A DNA stretch of 64,000 bases. Source: an uncultured Nitrospiraceae bacterium. Its GTDB lineage: Bacteria; Nitrospirota; Nitrospiria; Nitrospirales; UBA2166. Positions within the stretch are counted from its first letter, which is position 1; each line of letters opens with the position of its first letter. The notes under the pieces are model-generated. The model was not told the origin of the DNA and did not search any database. It saw only the letters and a program-made list of their open reading frames with translations. A program made the translations under genes and the position numbers. Shown here in pieces: positions 8,426 through 17,855 of this stretch. The DNA lies in assembly GCA_964463965.1 (NCBI GenBank), contig CAYXED010000001.1, forward strand, positions 141,961-205,960, read 5' to 3'.

Positions 8426-8771
8426 CTTTTTTGTAGCATTGTTGGTACGTGCTAAAGAGCCTATCATTCTTGATTGTTTTTTTATGTTTACCGTATGCGC
8501 CTTTATTTATAACTATTTTACACCTTAGCTTTTTAGCACATTGCTAACATCATGAGGTCAAAACTTTGGCAATCAAATACGATGCAACTTGGCCATTACC
8601 CTGGCACAAACAACGCGATATATAGAGATAAAAAATAAATATGTATGAAACGAGATCGGCATATCACCTTGATCTTGCTATACCCTGGAAATATATTATG
8701 TTTTATAGTGACCGTGCCACAAACTCAGTATATACACAGCCCTTATGCAATGAGGCCTAGATGGAGTTTTT

Positions 8772-10136
8772 ATGATACAAAACCATAAAAAACTAAATGA
8801 TTACATTACATCCTCGAAGCCTCGCTTTGAAACTATGCTTGCGGAACTGGTCGAAATACCTTCGATCAGTGCGGACCCAAAGCATGCCAAAGATATATTG
8901 CGGACGGCAAAACTTGCTTCTCAGTTTTTTAAACACCTTGGTGCGCGCACTCAAATTATACAGACTTCAGGATATCCTGTTGTCTACGGAGGCTGGCATA
9001 TCAATTCCCGCTTTCCAACTATTACGATATACAACCACCTTGATGTACAACCTGCACAAGAACCAGAATGGAGAGATCCTCCATTTACATTTCGAAAAAA
9101 ACATGGAATTTACTATGGCAGAGGAACCACAGATGATAAAGGTCCTGCCATTACCGCACTGCTGGCAGCACGATATGCTGCAGAAGAAGGCATACCAATT
9201 AATATACAATTTTTATGGGAGTGTGAAGAGGAAATTGGAAGCCCAAATTTTTCTGATATTTTTACGAAAGAGAATTTGATTACGAAACCAAATTCAGTTC
9301 TTGTTTCTGATACTATTTGGATTTCGAGGACTAAGCCAGCCATTCCATATGGATTGCGTGGGATGCTTGGGGCACGGCTCTGCTTGACGACAGGGACTAC
9401 GGACGTTCATTCTGGAGTTACGGGAGGTGCGGCATGCAATCCACTTTTAGAGCTATCTGAAATTGCTGCTGCCTGCACAGATGCACAAAGCGGTTATGTC
9501 CACATACCTGGTTTCTACGATGATGTAATTCCGCCCTCAAAGTCAGAGCTTCAAGGGTTTCTTGCCTCAGGGTTCAAAGTAGATCATTTCAAAAAAACGC
9601 ACGGCTTCAGAAAACTGAGGACAACAAACCGAGCCGACCTACTTGAACGAATTTGGGCATCGCCAACCTTTGAAGTCCATGGTCTTGTTGGTGGGTATCA
9701 TGGTCCAGGCATTAAAACAGTCGTCCCAGGCCATGCCGAATTAAAAATCAGTATGAGACTTGTTCCGAAACAAAAGCCAGAAAAGATACTGAAACTACTA
9801 CAGAAGTTTGTAAAAAAGCTAAACCCTACAATTCGAGTAGAAGGTGAAGGCATGCTACACCCCTACAAAAGCTCTACCACAGACGAATACGCTACGGCGA
9901 TCCAAGAAGCAGTCAAAGAAGGGTTTGGAAAACGCCCTGTTTTTATTCGTGAAGGGGGATCAATAGGTGCTGTTCCAAAAATTTTCAACCATTGGAAAGT
10001 GCCCATTCTATTTTTAGGCCTTAGCCTTCCTGAACACGGCTATCATGCACCTAATGAACAGTTTGATTGGGAGCAAGCAGCAGGTGGCATGCGTGCATTT
10101 GTAGCCTACTTTTCCAGATTGTCAGGCATCTCCTGA
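8772..10136 (+). CDS. M20/M25/M40-family metallopeptidase (dipeptidase/deacylase-like)
   Basis: Motifs NHLDVQP, GRGTTDDKG and CEEEIGS, plus typical length and a dimerisation-domain layout. Confidence 0.85.
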   Translation: MIQNHKKLNDYITSSKPRFETMLAELVEIPSISADPKHAKDILRTAKLASQFFKHLGARTQIIQTSGYPVVYGGWHINSRFPTITIYNHLDVQPAQEPEWRDPPFTFRKKHGIYYGRGTTDDKGPAITALLAARYAAEEGIPINIQFLWECEEEIGSPNFSDIFTKENLITKPNSVLVSDTIWISRTKPAIPYGLRGMLGARLCLTTGTTDVHSGVTGGAACNPLLELSEIAAACTDAQSGYVHIPGFYDDVIPPSKSELQGFLASGFKVDHFKKTHGFRKLRTTNRADLLERIWASPTFEVHGLVGGYHGPGIKTVVPGHAELKISMRLVPKQKPEKILKLLQKFVKKLNPTIRVEGEGMLHPYKSSTTDEYATAIQEAVKEGFGKRPVFIREGGSIGAVPKIFNHWKVPILFLGLSLPEHGYHAPNEQFDWEQAAGGMRAFVAYFSRLSGIS

Positions 10137-11125
10137 TTTCTCCAGCCATACCAGTTAAGCAGCCCAAACCCAAATCCAATCCATATTAACTCCCGAAAAC
10201 GCCTGACAAGTGAGAATGATATCCCAGAAAATGCGGTTTGGCCTACGGCGAGAAAAAGCAATACGATGCCCCCCTCTTGGATCCCAATATTGCTTGGCAT
10301 TATAAATGCTACGGCCCGTAACATGTTAACTAGCGCTTCAATGGCCAAGGCATCAATCAGAGACAACGGCACCCCAAAAATAACCCCAAAGAAATAAACT
10401 TCGAATACCCCAACCATCCAACCACAGAAAAACCACCCACTTGAAACCCAAAACTTTGCCTTGGCTTGACCATGAAGCCTTGCAAGGCTTATATCAAGAG
10501 CTATAAGGGAATTTTCATATCTAAGCAGTACTTGAGTAAATAACTTACTTACCCGTGCCAAGCGAACTAACGGTCGAGTAAACCCAGTCTGTTGCCATCT
10601 CACCAACACACCAATGCCAATCACCCCAACGATGAAGACGATCCAGGCAACGGGGAAAAACCCTGATAATACTATCGACCGCTCAAGCGAAATATACAGT
10701 GCGCCAAAACCCAGCAAAGTAAACAAGGCTTGAGCGATAGTCATTGTAGTTTTCGCAGCAATAACAGTACTAGAAGCTTCGGCCATATCTACGTTAAACC
10801 GTTTGACCAACAAAGCTTTTACAGGCTCCCCTCCCAAATACGCCGAAGGCAATGTATTATTTAAGCTTTCCCCAGCCGTCCGAATTAAAAAAAGTCTATA
10901 GAAGCTCAGTAGCTTTGGCCTGTGGTGAAACGTAGCCTGCCATCCACGTGCATCAAGAAGATACACAATGACGTATGGAATAAAAATCAGAAAAAGTGGC
11001 CAGCCTACCTCGTAAAAAGTATCTAATAGTCGATCAATTCCCGCGAGTTGGATAAGCCACAAAAACAAGCCCACCCCTAGGCAAAACAAGGCTATTTTTA
11101 GAAAAAACCTGGGTTTTAACTGCAT
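10106..11125 (-). CDS. UPF0104 / lysylphosphatidylglycerol-synthase-TM-region-like (flippase-like) membrane protein
   Basis: About 8 TM segments. The N-terminal pattern (KIALFCLGVGLFLWLIQLAGIDRLLDTF...) is typical of the LPG_synthase_TM family. Confidence 0.6.
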   Translation of the reverse strand: MQLKPRFFLKIALFCLGVGLFLWLIQLAGIDRLLDTFYEVGWPLFLIFIPYVIVYLLDARGWQATFHHRPKLLSFYRLFLIRTAGESLNNTLPSAYLGGEPVKALLVKRFNVDMAEASSTVIAAKTTMTIAQALFTLLGFGALYISLERSIVLSGFFPVAWIVFIVGVIGIGVLVRWQQTGFTRPLVRLARVSKLFTQVLLRYENSLIALDISLARLHGQAKAKFWVSSGWFFCGWMVGVFEVYFFGVIFGVPLSLIDALAIEALVNMLRAVAFIMPSNIGIQEGGIVLLFLAVGQTAFSGISFSLVRRFRELIWIGFGFGLLNWYGWRNQEMPDNLEK

Positions 11126-11205
11126 ACTAAATAGTACCTGAAATACTAGATACTTGCGACACTCATTGCGTATTGTGTATTGTCACCATAACCGTGGGGC
11201 GTCTT

Positions 11206-14200
11206 ATGATACTTACGTACCTTAAATACCGGAATAACAGAATCTTCTTCCAGACTATACTGCGTTGCTGTATCACTTTTCTTCTCTTACTGTACACACA
11301 ACCAATCTTTGCCTCATTCATGGCGTTTGAAAGTGGCCAAGTTCGTCCGCTAGCGCTTTCACCAGATGGAACACACCTTTTTGCAGCCAATACACCTGAC
11401 AATCGGATTGAAGTTTTTAAGGTTGATGAGCAAGGACTGACACATCAGTTCTCTATACCAGTAGGCATGGAACCCGTTGCAATCTCAACACGTACAAATA
11501 CTGAGGTGTGGGTGGTAAACCACCTCTCGGATAGTGTCTCAATCATCGATACCACTTTAACACCACCACGCGTAGTAAAAACTCTTTTGGTTGGGGATGA
11601 ACCTCGAGATATTGTTTTTGCCGGAGTAGACAAAAACCGTGCGTTTATCACTACAGCACATCGAGGGCAACATAGAACCCATCCCTCCATTGAAACAGTA
11701 CCAGGTGCTGGAGACCCCCAGTTTACTACTCCAGGCATTCCACGTGCTGATATATGGGTCTTTGATGCACTCTCCCTTGGTAACACACTAGGGGGGACCC
11801 CAGAAAAAATCATCGAACTTTTTGGAGATACACCGCGTGCGCTTGCTGTAACTCCTGACGGAAAAACTGTGTACGCTGCCGTATTTCATTCAGGTAATCA
11901 AACTACAACGATCAGCGATACTATGGTCTGTGACACCAGTGACATTAACATCGCCAACAATGTAGTTGAGGGTCCCTGTCAAATTTCGGGAATTGAAATG
12001 CCAGGAGGCCTCCCCTTACCACACCACAACGCTGAAGGTGATCGTCGTCCCGAAGCAGGATTAATCCTCAAATTTGATAATGCCAGCAAGACTTGGCGCG
12101 ATGAATTAGATAGGAACTGGAACAATGCGGTTCGCTTTGATCTTCCAGATTTTGATGTGTTCGCCATTGACGCAACAACACTCAATGAAACGGCTGCGTT
12201 TTCACATGTAGGAACCATACTATTTAACATGGTGGTCAACCCAGCCAATCAAAAGGTATATGTTTCAACAAGTGATGCACAGAATCACATTCGATTTGAA
12301 GGCCCAGGGACTTTTGTACGGGAGACATCTTCGAAACCAGAAGGCGTACCGGTATCCGTTCAAGGACATCTTCATGAAATGGGCATTACAATACTCGATG
12401 GCTCTCAAGTACTTCCACGCCACCTCAACAAACATATCAATTACGCCATTCAACCAGCTCCACCAGGCACTAAACAACATAGTTTATCCATACCGCTAGA
12501 AATGGTCGTGTCTAAAGATGGTGGAACATTGTATGTAGCTGCATTTGGATCAAATAAAATTGGTGTTTTTGATACGGAAGAACTTGAAACTGACACCTTT
12601 GACCCAACAAGCGAAAGCAAAAATTATATAGACCTAAGTGAAGGCGGACCTACTGGATTAATATTAGACGAAACGCATCAACGGATGTATGCACTCACAA
12701 GGTTTGATAACTCCATTGCAGTAATTGATTTAAATACAGGAACGGAAGATACCCGTATCAAAATGTTTAACCCAGAACCAAAACATATAGTTGAGGGCCG
12801 TCGTTTTCTCTATGATGCAAATGTTTCTTCTAGTAACGGCGAAGCTTCTTGTGCAAGTTGTCATGTGTTTGGTGACCTCGACAGTTTAACCTGGAACTTA
12901 GGAGATCCTGACGGTAACGTCGCAAAAAACCCAATTGAGGTAAAACGTCGAGGAAGCGCAGAGCTATTCCCAAATATTAACGGAACAGGCAATGTCCCGG
13001 AACTTCATCCCATGAAAGGACCAATGACCACCCAAACATTGCGTGGCATGATCAATAATGGGTCCATGCACTGGAGAGGGGATCGCACTGCTGGAAACGA
13101 TCCAGGCGGTGACGTATTTGATACATTTGTAGCCTTTACGAAGTTTATTGTGGCCTTTGAAAGCCTCATGGGCAATGACCCCAAAACTCCATTTCGTGGA
13201 AATGATATGTCAGCATTTACCAATTTTATGCTTGACGTCGTACTTCCCCCCAACCCCGTTCGTCCGTTGAATAACTCTCTTACAGACGCACAAGCAGCCG
13301 GGAGAAAATTTTACAACAAACCAACAAACCCTGGGTTCTCCTGTAAAGAATGTCATAGCCTGGACGCTCCTTTTGGGCATTTTGGCACTGATGGCACAGT
13401 AGGGTTTAAAAATGGACCACAGATTGTAAAAATTCCTCACCTACGAAACATGTACCAAAAGGTAGGAATGTTTGGCATGCCACAAACTCCATTTTTTCAC
13501 CCAACGGATCACTCACATCAAGGCGACCAAGTGAGGGGATCAGGGTTCTTCCATGATGGGAGCATCGACACGCTCTTTAGACTGAACGAAGCTATCGTGT
13601 TCACCGAACTACCTAGAGCCGTATTCGATACAGATAAACAACGTCAGGAAGTTGAAGAATTTCTCTTGGCTTTTGACACTGATTTGGCGCCCATTGTTGG
13701 TCAACAAATCACCCTAACTTCCACAAATGCAGAAGCTGTAAATCCCCGCATTGACCTGTTGATTGAACGTGCACAAGCCGGCTTTGAAGTTTTAGGTGAA
13801 CCACTCGCGACAGAATGTGATCTCATCGTTAAAGGCGTTATTAATGGAGAGCCTAGAGGCTGGTTGTTTACTGTTGACACTGAATCATTCACCAGCGATC
13901 AAAACAATGAGCCTCCCTTTACCGATATAGCCTTACGTGAGCTTGCACTGCAAACAGGACAGGAACTAACCTATACTTGCGTTCCTTCAGCATCAGGAAA
14001 ACGCATGGGCATCGACAGAGACAATGACGGTATTGCCGATCGCAGTGACTTACCAGACCTGACTGCAAGTTTTACATCTGTCAAGCGAAAAGTTAAAGCT
14101 TCAGGAGACAAAATCGTTGCAAAGTTTTCTCTAAACAATATTGGAACTGAGCTCGCGCAAGGCCCATTTTTAATTTCGGTGCTTCTTTCCGACGATAATA

Positions 14201-14400
14201 TACTGGATAGCGAGGACCAAATCCTCAAAGAATTTCGATTCAACCGCCTGAAAGAAGGAAAGCAAAAAGCACGCGTTGTGAAACAAAAAAACCTTGCATC
14301 AGTTGCTGGAAAATTTGTTCTAATCGTAATTGATCAAAAGCAGGAAGTTTTAGATGTCAATAGAGACAACAACGTGATTGTGCATGAGATTAAAGGATAA
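11206..14400 (+). CDS. large secreted multidomain protein: YVTN-type beta-propeller + di-haem cytochrome c peroxidase/MauG-like module + CARDB-like C-terminal domain
   Basis: - Signal peptide: ...LLLLYTQPIFA.
- Propeller-type repeats: LYVAAFGSNKIGVFD, MYALTRFDNSIAVIDL.
- Two CxxCH haem motifs (CASCH, CKECH) with CCP-family landmarks HWRGDR, KIPHLRNMY and GFFHDGSIDTL.
- A DRDNDGIADRSD calcium-site-like stretch.
- A CARDB-like tail ending ...DVNRDNNVIVHEIKG.

I prefer the ATG at 11206 over the track's TTG at 11173. Confidence 0.7.
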   Translation: MILTYLKYRNNRIFFQTILRCCITFLLLLYTQPIFASFMAFESGQVRPLALSPDGTHLFAANTPDNRIEVFKVDEQGLTHQFSIPVGMEPVAISTRTNTEVWVVNHLSDSVSIIDTTLTPPRVVKTLLVGDEPRDIVFAGVDKNRAFITTAHRGQHRTHPSIETVPGAGDPQFTTPGIPRADIWVFDALSLGNTLGGTPEKIIELFGDTPRALAVTPDGKTVYAAVFHSGNQTTTISDTMVCDTSDINIANNVVEGPCQISGIEMPGGLPLPHHNAEGDRRPEAGLILKFDNASKTWRDELDRNWNNAVRFDLPDFDVFAIDATTLNETAAFSHVGTILFNMVVNPANQKVYVSTSDAQNHIRFEGPGTFVRETSSKPEGVPVSVQGHLHEMGITILDGSQVLPRHLNKHINYAIQPAPPGTKQHSLSIPLEMVVSKDGGTLYVAAFGSNKIGVFDTEELETDTFDPTSESKNYIDLSEGGPTGLILDETHQRMYALTRFDNSIAVIDLNTGTEDTRIKMFNPEPKHIVEGRRFLYDANVSSSNGEASCASCHVFGDLDSLTWNLGDPDGNVAKNPIEVKRRGSAELFPNINGTGNVPELHPMKGPMTTQTLRGMINNGSMHWRGDRTAGNDPGGDVFDTFVAFTKFIVAFESLMGNDPKTPFRGNDMSAFTNFMLDVVLPPNPVRPLNNSLTDAQAAGRKFYNKPTNPGFSCKECHSLDAPFGHFGTDGTVGFKNGPQIVKIPHLRNMYQKVGMFGMPQTPFFHPTDHSHQGDQVRGSGFFHDGSIDTLFRLNEAIVFTELPRAVFDTDKQRQEVEEFLLAFDTDLAPIVGQQITLTSTNAEAVNPRIDLLIERAQAGFEVLGEPLATECDLIVKGVINGEPRGWLFTVDTESFTSDQNNEPPFTDIALRELALQTGQELTYTCVPSASGKRMGIDRDNDGIADRSDLPDLTASFTSVKRKVKASGDKIVAKFSLNNIGTELAQGPFLISVLLSDDNILDSEDQILKEFRFNRLKEGKQKARVVKQKNLASVAGKFVLIVIDQKQEVLDVNRDNNVIVHEIKG

Positions 14401-14420
14401 ATACTTCCCCACCCTTACTG

Positions 14421-14834
14421 CTACAGTTGAGTATTAGCCATTTCGAGGATAATCTCCCACTCACGATCACGGATAGGCATTACTGACAACCTAGATTGAC
14501 GTACTAATGCAATATTGGAGAGTGCAGGATTAGCCTTGATTGATTTGAGCGAAACAGGATTTTTTACTGATTTAACTTTTTGGAAGTCTACCATGCCAAA
14601 ACGACCAGATGTGTCAGTGTGATCAGGATAATATTCCTTAACAACTTTCACAATACCAACAATTTCCATCCCTTTATTGGAGTGATAAAAAAATGCATAG
14701 TCCCCACATTTCATTGCTCTCATGTTGTTTGAAGCTTGATAGTTTCGAACACCATCCCACGGTGCACGTCGATCTTTGATCATCTCACTCCACGAATATG
14801 CCAACGGTTCAGACTTGATTAACCAAAAAGCCAT
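14421..14834 (-). CDS. EVE (PUA-like) domain protein
   Basis: MAFWLIKSEP...WDGVRNYQASNNMRAMKCGDYAFFYHSN is the characteristic EVE/THYN1-like N-terminus. Confidence 0.85.
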   Translation of the reverse strand: MAFWLIKSEPLAYSWSEMIKDRRAPWDGVRNYQASNNMRAMKCGDYAFFYHSNKGMEIVGIVKVVKEYYPDHTDTSGRFGMVDFQKVKSVKNPVSLKSIKANPALSNIALVRQSRLSVMPIRDREWEIILEMANTQL

Positions 14835-14905
14835 GATCTACCTCCAATCCTTACTACAATCTGAAGTATGTACCTGGTCATACCCGAATACTTGAAGTAA
14901 ACCCC

Positions 14906-16141
14906 GTGTTAACCAAAACTGACCACAACATCCGATATATTGACACAGATGCCACGCTTAAAGAATTAATATCACAGCTCAGCTATACGGATGATATTGC
15001 CCTCGATACCGAAGCCGACAGCCTACACCATTACTTTGAAAAAGTCTGCTTGATACAAATTTCTTCGGATGGTGGAGACTACCTGATTGACCCACTCTCA
15101 TCAATAAGCCTTACGCCACTATTTGATATATTATCAACGAAGTCCCTTATCATTCATGGGGCGGACTATGATCTTCGAATGCTTCGAACCTCTTTTGGGT
15201 TTCGGCCAAAAGCTGCAGTCTTTGATACCATGATTGCCGCAAAAATTCTTGGCTATGAACACTTTGGCCTTGCCGCACTAATTGAACGTTTCTTTGGATC
15301 CATCATTACCAAACAAGGCCAAAAGTCTGACTGGTCACAACGACCACTTACTCCAATGCAACTTGACTATGCGCGAAACGATACACGATTTTTAGAGTCA
15401 CTTGCACGACATATGCGTGCTGAAATGGCTAAAGTTAACCGGTGCGAATGGCACCGGGAAGCATGTCAATCGATGGTTATCTCTACTGGAAAAGATACGG
15501 TACGAGATCTTGAAAATTTGTGGCGCATAAAAAATAGTGGTGGGTGCACACAGCGCGAACTTGCATACCTTCGAGAGCTATGGCACTGGAGAGACAAGGA
15601 GGCACGACAAATTGACAAACCTCCCTTTAAAGTGCTGAACAATCAAAAATTACTTGCCATAACAATTTGGGCTTCAGCGGCATCCGAACACATATTTGAC
15701 GAACACACCCCAATACCTCGCCACATGCATCAAGGTAGATTGGGCCGACTCAAAACCGCCATACAAAAGGCAGCAACATTACCAGAAGGCCACTGGCCTC
15801 CCCTCAAAAAAAGCATTCCCCATAAACGTCGCTTTCAAGACAATACGCCAGACATCGACGCCTTACGTAAAGCATCCTCAAGTATTGCAAAAAAACTCTC
15901 CATTGACTCCTCTGTTCTTGCACCCAAAGCTGCACTTGCATCTATCATCCAGAAAAATGCAAAAACGTTAGAAGAAATTATTACACACGGACCATTGTTA
16001 CCATGGCAAGCCAAACTACTTGAACCAGCCTTAAATCGTATTGTAGTCGCACGAGAGGAGAGGGAAAGGCTCAGGAATATACTTAGCGACGACCCGATGC
16101 CATCTTCACCGCCTCCGGCAACTGACGTAACTTCCACATAA
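14906..16141 (+). CDS. rnd: ribonuclease D (DEDD 3'-5' exonuclease + HRDC domain)
   Basis: Exo motif I ALDTEADSL. The segment ...HGADYDLRML.. is also present. The motif YARNDTRFL is present. An HRDC-like region follows. GTG start. Confidence 0.85.
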   Translation: MLTKTDHNIRYIDTDATLKELISQLSYTDDIALDTEADSLHHYFEKVCLIQISSDGGDYLIDPLSSISLTPLFDILSTKSLIIHGADYDLRMLRTSFGFRPKAAVFDTMIAAKILGYEHFGLAALIERFFGSIITKQGQKSDWSQRPLTPMQLDYARNDTRFLESLARHMRAEMAKVNRCEWHREACQSMVISTGKDTVRDLENLWRIKNSGGCTQRELAYLRELWHWRDKEARQIDKPPFKVLNNQKLLAITIWASAASEHIFDEHTPIPRHMHQGRLGRLKTAIQKAATLPEGHWPPLKKSIPHKRRFQDNTPDIDALRKASSSIAKKLSIDSSVLAPKAALASIIQKNAKTLEEIITHGPLLPWQAKLLEPALNRIVVAREERERLRNILSDDPMPSSPPPATDVTST

Positions 16142-17315
16142 ACCAAAGCCCAATAACTGGCCCTATAGCCAAAACAGACAAGGCTCCTCCCCAATCTAGC
16201 TGCTCAACTAAGGAGGGAATCCAATAGATAGTCAACATCGTCAGAAGAAATCCAATACAGGTTTGCATCGTCAATGCCGTTCCAACATAACGAGAATCAC
16301 ACAGCTCACTGATCGCCGCACTGTACTGTGCACTTTCTGCAACAACAGCAAAACCCCATATCACACAAATAACGGTAAGAAGTACGGGTGAAAAAAAGAA
16401 AAAACCGGCAACCAGGGCACACAACCCTGATACACATATGCTCGCGATCACAACACGCGTACGACCAAGCTTGTCTGCCACCCCCCCCGCAATCATACTA
16501 CCAACCCCCCCAACCGCAATCACGATAAACCCCCAAACATGAGCTTGAGCATCAGCCAACCCTGCACTGCGATAACTTAAAAGCAAAAGAAAAGGGACCC
16601 ATGTCCACATTGCGTATAGCTCCCACATGTGGCTGAAATATCCAAAGTTTGCGAACCTCATAGCCCTGTCTTTCCACATACGACCTGCATATTGCCAATC
16701 AAATTTACTTACCATGGGTAAAAGCGGTCCTGGACGGACGCCCACTAAAGCAACAAAAGCACCACACATTGCAAGTCCTGAGGCTATTAACAAAACAGCC
16801 CTCCATGACACCACATCACTTCCTTCTCCAATAATCCCAACTCCTGTAATCAAATGTGGAGAGGCTGAACCAACCGTTAAGGCTCCGACAAGAATGCCAA
16901 TTGCGAGTCCTCGCTCTTCCCTAAACCACGATGCCATTAATTTCATAGCTGGCGGATATACTCCAGCAAGCATCGCCCCAGTCAAAAAACGCAATATTAC
17001 AACCCAGGCAAACCCTACAGGGAATAATGCAATACACGCCGTCATGATTGCCCCAATAGCCGCAGACAGCGCAAACACACGATGCGCAGGAAATCGATCA
17101 GAAATATTCCAGAGGGCACTGATGAACGCACCCACGACAAAACCCAGTTGAACACTCATCGTTAACCATGCCTGCTGACTCGCAGTCAACTGCCATACTT
17201 CAATCAATTGCGGAACAACGGCAGAGGCAGAAAACCACAATGACATAACCAGAAGTTCTGCCCCCGCAATCAACCATAAGATTTTCCATCGCGATATCAT
17301 GAGTTCTTGAATCAA
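16083..17315 (-). CDS. MFS transporter
   Basis: About 12 TM helices, 410 aa, with an MFS-type loop motif (ISDRFPAHRV). Its 3' end overlaps the rnd 3' end by 59 nt (convergent). Confidence 0.8.
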   Translation of the reverse strand: MIQELMISRWKILWLIAGAELLVMSLWFSASAVVPQLIEVWQLTASQQAWLTMSVQLGFVVGAFISALWNISDRFPAHRVFALSAAIGAIMTACIALFPVGFAWVVILRFLTGAMLAGVYPPAMKLMASWFREERGLAIGILVGALTVGSASPHLITGVGIIGEGSDVVSWRAVLLIASGLAMCGAFVALVGVRPGPLLPMVSKFDWQYAGRMWKDRAMRFANFGYFSHMWELYAMWTWVPFLLLLSYRSAGLADAQAHVWGFIVIAVGGVGSMIAGGVADKLGRTRVVIASICVSGLCALVAGFFFFSPVLLTVICVIWGFAVVAESAQYSAAISELCDSRYVGTALTMQTCIGFLLTMLTIYWIPSLVEQLDWGGALSVLAIGPVIGLWFMWKLRQLPEAVKMASGRR

Positions 17316-17432
17316 AAGATCAATATGCGTATAAATATACGCCAGTTAGAACCATCTTAGGGAGGTATATAAAAAAATAATCATTCGACACCCAGTTTTC
17401 ATAACCACGAGAAAAAAAATCCGCTTCACAGC

Positions 17433-17855
17433 ATGATTCCAGTAACGCACACATTTTCTATCGACGACGCCTCAATTGAGTGGAGATTTATGCGTGCATC
17501 CGGCCCCGGAGGCCAACACGTCAATAAAGTCTCAACCGCAGTCCAACTACGCTATACACTTCCCCCACCAGAGACACTCCCTGATGGTGTACATGCACGA
17601 GTAATCCAGCTTGCAGGAAACCGAATTACAGACAATGGCATTCTCATTCTTGATGCACGACGGTACCGAAGTCAGGATCGGAACCGGCAAGATGCGATGG
17701 AAAAACTGGTCACATTATTAGGCACGGCTCTTACGTTACCGCAGCAAAGAAAAAATACACACCCCACACCAGCCTCTCGGCAACGGCGTCTCGACACCAA
17801 ACACCGCCGAGGAATTCTCAAACGACTCAGAAAAACAATTCCCTATGAAGACTAA
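17433..17855 (+). CDS. arfB: alternative ribosome-rescue factor ArfB (YaeJ; peptidyl-tRNA hydrolase with GGQ motif)
   Basis: 140 aa, with SGPGGQHVNKVSTAVQLRY and a basic C-terminal tail (RQRRLDTKHRRGILKRLRK). Confidence 0.9.
   Translation: MIPVTHTFSIDDASIEWRFMRASGPGGQHVNKVSTAVQLRYTLPPPETLPDGVHARVIQLAGNRITDNGILILDARRYRSQDRNRQDAMEKLVTLLGTALTLPQQRKNTHPTPASRQRRLDTKHRRGILKRLRKTIPYED

Noticed and set aside
8346-8528. 60-aa ORF in the long intergenic gap
   Set aside because: It has no Shine-Dalgarno and an odd composition, and it overlaps the DnaA-box-like cluster and the T-rich tract. It is most likely non-coding.
8277-8771. Calling this gap the chromosomal replication origin (oriC)
   Set aside because: The three DnaA-like boxes are suggestive and are reported as a finding. 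However, there is no dnaA/dnaN nearby, I found only three strong boxes, gene orientation does not switch cleanly around this point, and the essential dcw cluster would be head-on to forks leaving from here. The evidence is insufficient for an oriC call.
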